A stretch of 64,000 bases of DNA, taken from assembly GCA_030647205.1 (NCBI GenBank), contig JAUSJO010000003.1:10602-74601 (forward strand), read 5' to 3'. A program made the translations under genes and the position numbers. The DNA is from a bacterium (GTDB lineage Bacteria; Patescibacteriota; CPR2; UBA1875; JAJYID01). A model generated the notes under the pieces. It was given only the letters and a program-made list of their open reading frames with translations, was not told the origin of the DNA and searched no databases. Shown piece after piece: positions 59,335 through 64,000 of the stretch (position 1 is its first letter; each line of letters opens with the position of its first letter).

Positions 59335-60486
59335 CTATCCTTCAAACTTGCGTATAAAACTTTTTCTAAAGACTTGGAATTCATTGTTTTTAATACTTTT
59401 ACGTATGTCCCCCATAAATCTCATCATAAACCTCAGATTATGCAAGGAGGCAAGCCGGAGACCGAGAACTTCGCCCTCACGAGTCAAATGGGATATGTAT
59501 GAACGGGAGAAGTTCTGACAAGCATAACAATCGCAGCCTTTCTCAATTGGACCCAAATCGGCCGCATGTTTTGCATTTAGCAAATTAAGCCTTCCATCAT
59601 ATGTCCAGACCGTTCCATTTCTGCCCAATCTCGTTGGCAAAACACAGTCAAACATATCTACGCCGCGTTCAACCGCATTTAGTATATCTTGCGGAAAGCC
59701 GACTCCCATGAGATATCTTGGTTTATCTTTTGGCAAATACGGCTCTACTGTATCGAGAGTTTCGTTCCTTACTTTTTCAGACTCCCCGACTGCTAAACCG
59801 CCTATTGCAACTCCATCAAAATCTAAACTGGAAATATATTTAGCTGACTCAACGCGCAAATCTTTGTACGTAACCCCCTGAACTATTCCAAATAGAGCCT
59901 GTTCGTAGCCGTAAATAGGTTTAATCTTTTTATGTACATCTATGCACTCTTTTGCCCATCGATGTGTTCTGTCCATCGCATCGCGAGCATAATCATAGCT
60001 GGCATCTGCTGGTGCGCACTCGTCAAAGGCCATCATTATATCGGCGCCGATCTCTTTTTGCATTTGAATTACCGACTTCGGTGTGAAGAAGTGCTTAGAT
60101 CCGTCAAGATGAGAGCGGAACTCTACCCCGTCTTCTTTTATATGTACCAGGCTCTTGCCAGATTTATCTTTCGCACCAAACCCAAGAGAGAAAACTTGAA
60201 AGCCGCCACTGTCTGTAAGAATTGGTCCGCCCCAGTTCATAAACCTATGAAGCCCACCGTGTTTTTTGATAATGCTTGTCCCGGGTCGCAAGTATAGATG
60301 ATACGTATTACCAAGGATGATTTCCGCTCCGATATCCTTTACTTCATATGGAGCCAGCGTTTTTACGGACGCACGCGTACCCACGGGCATAAAAACGGGC
60401 GTTTCTATCTCGCCATGAGCGGTTGTAATTTTTCCTAGCCGCGCCTTCCCGTCTGTTTTTTCTAATGTAAAACTAAATTTTTCCAT
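59335..60486 (-). CDS. tgt: queuine tRNA-ribosyltransferase
   Basis: 383 aa. Catalytic Asp region (VFSLGFGAKD...DECA), zinc site CDCYACQNFSRSYISHL, and the TIM barrel. Confidence 0.95.
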   Translation of the reverse strand: MEKFSFTLEKTDGKARLGKITTAHGEIETPVFMPVGTRASVKTLAPYEVKDIGAEIILGNTYHLYLRPGTSIIKKHGGLHRFMNWGGPILTDSGGFQVFSLGFGAKDKSGKSLVHIKEDGVEFRSHLDGSKHFFTPKSVIQMQKEIGADIMMAFDECAPADASYDYARDAMDRTHRWAKECIDVHKKIKPIYGYEQALFGIVQGVTYKDLRVESAKYISSLDFDGVAIGGLAVGESEKVRNETLDTVEPYLPKDKPRYLMGVGFPQDILNAVERGVDMFDCVLPTRLGRNGTVWTYDGRLNLLNAKHAADLGPIEKGCDCYACQNFSRSYISHLTREGEVLGLRLASLHNLRFMMRFMGDIRKSIKNNEFQVFRKSFIRKFEG

Positions 60487-60536
60487 GCAAACTATTATAG
60501 CTAAAATGACGGTTTTTTGATATACTTAAGGTCCAA

Positions 60537-61328
60537 ATGAACCTTGAAAGAAAGGAGGTAATGAGATTGATAACGTATTTGCCATACTTTAAAACCGCCA
60601 TAAGCTATGGTACCAGAAGGCAAAACATTCCAAACATTATCACTACATTTCGACTGGTTTTCTGTTTTCCCTTTATTGCCTTCGAGACAATGGCAATATT
60701 CTTTGAGCAACCATGGTTCCATATACCTGGGCTTGTAGCCCTCCTACTCTGTCTTCCTAGCGACAAGTTAGACGGTTTTCTGGCGCGAAGATACGGCTGG
60801 ATAACAGACTGGGGTAAAAAATGGGACCCCATCATAGACGCTGTCGTAATAGGCATTATAAATGTCTTTACGGCTGTTGTAATTGTTGCAATGTTCGGCT
60901 GGATTTGGGGAATTGTCTACAGCATACTTGTGTTCCTGGTTATCGTGAGAAACGGCATTGTTTCTCAGGGGTTTAAGTATCTCCACGAGAGGGCTAAAAA
61001 CTCAGATTCCCCCGACGTACAAAGCATGGTAGAAAAAGTCAGTCACGTTACAGACTGGGGCAAATGGTCAACCGCCATCCAAATGACCGCGATATTCTGT
61101 TTTTTTGTGCTAAAAGACAGTCCTTACCAAGCGATTACCTTCACAGTGGTCTTTGTCATAGGCTTTTCTTTCTCAATGATTTCCGGTGTTGACTACGGAA
61201 TCAAGGGAGTAAGTATAGCCAGAGTTCTATGGCAAAAAGAAAACTTTCCCAAACAAAGAGAAGCAAGATATCTCTTTAAGACTCTTACTTGGGTAAAGTC
61301 TATACTAGCTCGCGCTATTCCTTTCTAG
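60537..61328 (+). CDS. CDP-alcohol phosphatidyltransferase family protein
   Basis: DKLDGFLARRYGWITDWGKKWDPIIDAV matches D-G-x2-A-R-x8-G-x3-D-x3-D. 5-6 TM helices. The true start may be an internal Met. Confidence 0.75.
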   Translation: MNLERKEVMRLITYLPYFKTAISYGTRRQNIPNIITTFRLVFCFPFIAFETMAIFFEQPWFHIPGLVALLLCLPSDKLDGFLARRYGWITDWGKKWDPIIDAVVIGIINVFTAVVIVAMFGWIWGIVYSILVFLVIVRNGIVSQGFKYLHERAKNSDSPDVQSMVEKVSHVTDWGKWSTAIQMTAIFCFFVLKDSPYQAITFTVVFVIGFSFSMISGVDYGIKGVSIARVLWQKENFPKQREARYLFKTLTWVKSILARAIPF

Positions 61329-61411
61329 GATAGGCGCGAGCTTTTTTCTTTTTTTATTAAAACAAAAATAGAGAGCCTGGCTGACTCTCTATTTTTATAA
61401 ACTCGCTTGAA

Positions 61412-61969
61412 TTATTTTAGTTCTACCGTTGCGCCTGCTGCTTCAAGTTTTTCTTTTGCAGCGTTTGCTTCTTCCGGTTTCAAGTTTTCAGCGACTGTCT
61501 TTGGTGCGCCGTCAACTAGATCTTTAGCTTCTTTTAAGCCAAGTGTCTGGTTGATTTCTCTTACGGCTTTAATAGCGCCGATCTTGTTTGAACCTGCAGC
61601 AGTAAGAACTACTGTGTATGCTGATTTTTCTTCTGCTTCTTCAGCCGGTGCGCCAGCTGCTGCCGGACCTGCAACTGCTACTGGAGCGGCTGCTGATACG
61701 CCGAATTTTTCTTCAAGAACTTTCACAAGTTCTGCCATTTCAAGAACGCTCATCTCTTCAATAGTTTTGACAAGGTCTTTGAACTTCTTTGGAACTTCGA
61801 CTTCTTTTTTCTCTTCTTTTGGTGCTTCAGCCGGTTTTTCTTCAGCCTTTGGCTCTTCTGCCGGAGCTTCCTCGGTTTTTTCCTCAACTACTTCTTCAGT
61901 AGCGGTTTCTTCTTTTACTTCTTCTTCAGAAGTTGCTTGATCGTCATTTTTTACTTCTTCGTCTGCCAT
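61412..61969 (-). CDS. rplL: ribosomal protein L7/L12 with a ~60-aa acidic N-terminal extension
   Basis: The C-terminal 125 aa are canonical ([19 protein letters not shown]...[14 protein letters not shown]...[12 protein letters not shown]...ATVELK). The ATG at 61969 has AAGGAG 8 nt upstream. No SD-supported internal start was found. Confidence 0.9.
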   Translation of the reverse strand: MADEEVKNDDQATSEEEVKEETATEEVVEEKTEEAPAEEPKAEEKPAEAPKEEKKEVEVPKKFKDLVKTIEEMSVLEMAELVKVLEEKFGVSAAAPVAVAGPAAAGAPAEEAEEKSAYTVVLTAAGSNKIGAIKAVREINQTLGLKEAKDLVDGAPKTVAENLKPEEANAAKEKLEAAGATVELK

Positions 61970-62010
61970 TTTATTTCTCCTTATTATTTTTTATTAATTT
62001 ATTTAATAAT

Positions 62011-62538
62011 TTACGCTTCTTTTTGCTCTTTAATTGCGTTTAATACGCCAACTACATTCCTAAGGTTTGCATGCATTACGCCAACAAAGTTTGTTACCGG
62101 TGCATTCATTGAGCCGATCATCTTTGCAATCAACTCTTCACGTGACGGCATCTGCGCAAGACTTTTTACTGACTGTGCATCAATACTTTTACCTTCGAGT
62201 ATTCCGCCGATAATTTCTAGCTGCTCATGATCCTTTGCAAAGTTGAAAACTACTTTTGCGGGAGCTACTTCATCATCGTAACCAAATGCTACTGCGACAG
62301 GGTGGTTTGCGAGCTCCTTTGGGTCTACATCAAGCTTTGCTTTTTTTACTGCAAGTCCGAAAAGGGTGTTTTTTATGACTTTAAACTCTATACCCTGGTC
62401 TCGAAGTTTGCTTCGAACTTCGTTGATCTCCTCTACAGTTAATCCCTTGTAATCGGTAAAAACTGCTGCCTTAGACTTTTCCAGCCTTTCAGCGAAGATG
62501 TCGATCAACTCTTCTTTTTTCTTTTTTGTTATAGCCAT
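62011..62538 (-). CDS. rplJ: ribosomal protein L10
   Basis: 175 aa with typical N-terminus MAITKKKKEELI....L.KSKAAVFTDYKGLTV.E...R..LR, in the canonical position upstream of rplL. Confidence 0.95.
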   Translation of the reverse strand: MAITKKKKEELIDIFAERLEKSKAAVFTDYKGLTVEEINEVRSKLRDQGIEFKVIKNTLFGLAVKKAKLDVDPKELANHPVAVAFGYDDEVAPAKVVFNFAKDHEQLEIIGGILEGKSIDAQSVKSLAQMPSREELIAKMIGSMNAPVTNFVGVMHANLRNVVGVLNAIKEQKEA

Positions 62539-62703
62539 ATTGTTTCCTTACATTAAAAAATCTTTGGCTCTCACCAAAGACAAATAAAAATTTCTGTTTT
62601 TACCTCGGTAGCTCATTAAGCCTCTCGACTGCTACTGTCTTTGGTTATATTCTTTTATAGTAGGTCAAGATTGAAAATAAATTTTCTCACTTGACCTTTG
62701 AGT

Positions 62704-62732
62704 ATTCTAGCAAAGAAACAAACACTCGTCAA
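62704..62732 (-). promoter_or_regulatory. sigma70 promoter of the rplJ-rplL operon (with a structured L10 leader downstream)
   Basis: Minus strand TTGACG-17 nt-TAGAAT. The ~165-nt leader contains the stem GGTCAAG...CTTGACC (62663-62696), consistent with an autoregulatory L10 leader. Confidence 0.6.
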
Positions 62733-62796
62733 CTATTTTTTTGACTTTTAGGTAGATAATGTTAAGATATGGCTAAACACTACGGGAGGGAGCTCT

Positions 62797-63282
62797 TTGA
62801 CTTCAGAAGCCAAAATAGTTGATGCTAATTTTTTTGATGTGCTTGATCCGATAGATCCAGAGGAAGGATTATTAGCGTCGTTAGTAAATGCCAAGGGGAA
62901 TGATTTCTTCTCAAGGTATAACAAGTGCCTAGCTTATGTACATGCAGGATACGTCCAACCTGAGGCCGAGAAATATCTGAAAGAGATCTACGAAAAAGCA
63001 AACAAACAGGTTTGGATAAAGAGTTACTGTATCGCAATAAAGTGGAATTATCGCGTCATGTCAGGCGGATTTCTCAAGAGAGAGGAAGATGAGTTGCTCC
63101 ACTGTCCGCTTTGCCAGAAAGGTATACTGCAGGTAGTAAAGCGCCTGGAGGTATCTGGACCACCTACGGGATCCTTTAGTCCTCCCGAATATCAGGGGCA
63201 TATAATAGCGACCAAGTGTACAAATTGCAATGAAATAATCATGGGCGACTATATATCGGATAGTCGGATCCGAAGATTATAG
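62797..63282 (+). CDS. hypothetical zinc-ribbon protein (paralog 1)
   Basis: 161 aa, TTG start with GGAGGGAG upstream. HCPLCQKG...(38)...CTNCNE. Plus-strand promoter candidate TTGACT-16-TAAGAT at 62741-62768. Confidence 0.45.
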   Translation: MTSEAKIVDANFFDVLDPIDPEEGLLASLVNAKGNDFFSRYNKCLAYVHAGYVQPEAEKYLKEIYEKANKQVWIKSYCIAIKWNYRVMSGGFLKREEDELLHCPLCQKGILQVVKRLEVSGPPTGSFSPPEYQGHIIATKCTNCNEIIMGDYISDSRIRRL

Positions 63283-63335
63283 TCCGGCCCGGTTGGCAAC
63301 CACTTACTATGAGGCAAATGAGAAGGAGGTGAACC

Positions 63336-63818
63336 TTGAATATCGAGAGCTTGAAAAAAGACGATATGTTCGATGTAAATAAATTCATCCCGGAAGACCC
63401 TAAAACCGTGATAGATCCTGATGTTTTGGCTATGATCGAGGAAAGCCAAAATCCGATCATGAAGTTACAGGGGATGTTGGATGGAGAGGAATGGGAGCGT
63501 CTTGATAAGGCGGTTTCCGTGAGTTATGGTTGCATTTATGGTGACTGGAACAAGGAAAGCATGATGGCAGGTAGTACGCTTAAGAGAGATACCGAGACTC
63601 CGCTAGTATGCCCGCATTGTGATAAGGGTGCCCTTACCATTATCTCGAGATTCCCCAGAATCATCGAGGGTGGGATGAGATCAGACTGCAGATATGTTGA
63701 AAATCGATTCATTCTGATCGAATGCCCTTCCTGCAAGCACATCTATGCCGCTTTTCTCGGTGGTGAACCGCCAATCTACCGTCCGCCACACGCCTTCAGG
63801 AAAGACCTCGTCGGATAA
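63336..63818 (+). CDS. hypothetical zinc-ribbon protein (paralog 2)
   Basis: 160 aa, TTG start with AAGGAGGTGA upstream. Same architecture as paralog 1: acidic IDP(E/D) N-terminus, then LKR..E..L.CP.C.KG.L and a second CxxC. Confidence 0.45.
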   Translation: MNIESLKKDDMFDVNKFIPEDPKTVIDPDVLAMIEESQNPIMKLQGMLDGEEWERLDKAVSVSYGCIYGDWNKESMMAGSTLKRDTETPLVCPHCDKGALTIISRFPRIIEGGMRSDCRYVENRFILIECPSCKHIYAAFLGGEPPIYRPPHAFRKDLVG

Positions 63819-63831
63819 CAGCTAGTACCAG

Positions 63832-63863
63832 AAAAAGAGCCTGCTACACGCGGGCTCTTTCTT
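63832..63863. terminator. bidirectional terminator
   Basis: AAAAAGAGCC-tgctacacgcg-GGCTCTTTCTT between convergent genes. Confidence 0.55.
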
Positions 63864-63917
63864 ATGGAGCAAAAGTTAAGGGAGCCCTTGCGGACTCCCG
63901 TTTGACTTTGGCACTAT

Positions 63918-64000
63918 TTATGCCGATACAATCGCTTCGGTCATTTCGGCCACCTCTTCTTCAGTGTAGACTTCACCACAGCACATTTTGCCTTCTCCAC
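63918..64000 (-). CDS. C-terminal end of a gene entering from beyond the window
   Basis: Minus-strand frame is open from the window edge to a TAA at 63918-63920 (...GEGKMCCGEVYTEEEVAEMTEAIVSA). Function unknown. Confidence 0.25.
   Translation of the reverse strand, partial: GEGKMCCGEVYTEEEVAEMTEAIVSA

Overview
AT-rich (~37% GC), gene-dense bacterial chromosome segment with short genes and a housekeeping repertoire. Nearly every gene from 0.6 to 29 kb lies on the minus strand. The gene content (alpha2-type GlyRS, L7/L12 with an acidic extension, sortase with an LPXTG substrate, PMT-like GT-C glycosyltransferases) suggests a reduced-genome monoderm lineage such as Patescibacteria/CPR, but this is an inference and is not proven. 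Confidently recognisable genes: secA, serS, lysS, glyQS-type glyS, cysS, greA, recO, recR, ybaB, dnaB, dnaX, tgt, rplJ-rplL, proB, hpf, copA, a class A PBP, two sensor histidine kinases plus a CheY-like receiver, a ROK kinase, a LeuA/CimA-family synthase, a Dus, a CorA, an ABC exporter, a radical-SAM SplB-like protein, a CDP-alcohol phosphatidyltransferase and one tRNA-Gln(CUG). Accessory content: (i) a copper-type operon, an ArsR-TRASH fusion regulator followed by CopA and a DsbD_2-cupredoxin fusion; (ii) an LPXTG-anchored DUF3494 (ice-binding-like) surface protein immediately followed by its sortase; (iii) a lipid-linked glycosylation cluster made of a GtrA-like flippase, a GT2 polyprenol-P-sugar synthase and two to three PMT/ArnT-like GT-C transferases; (iv) a family of short palindromic MITE/REP-like repeats with GTCATYC...GAATGAC termini in at least four copies, one of them in-frame at the 3' end of the metal regulator gene; (v) two unusually long noncoding regions of ~1.26 kb and ~1.0 kb, full of GC-rich stems, that I could not assign to any known RNA family; (vi) a (CAG/CAA)n microsatellite encoding a ~25-residue polyQ tract in a membrane protein. 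No CRISPR array, cas genes, rRNA genes or obvious transposase or integrase genes were seen.
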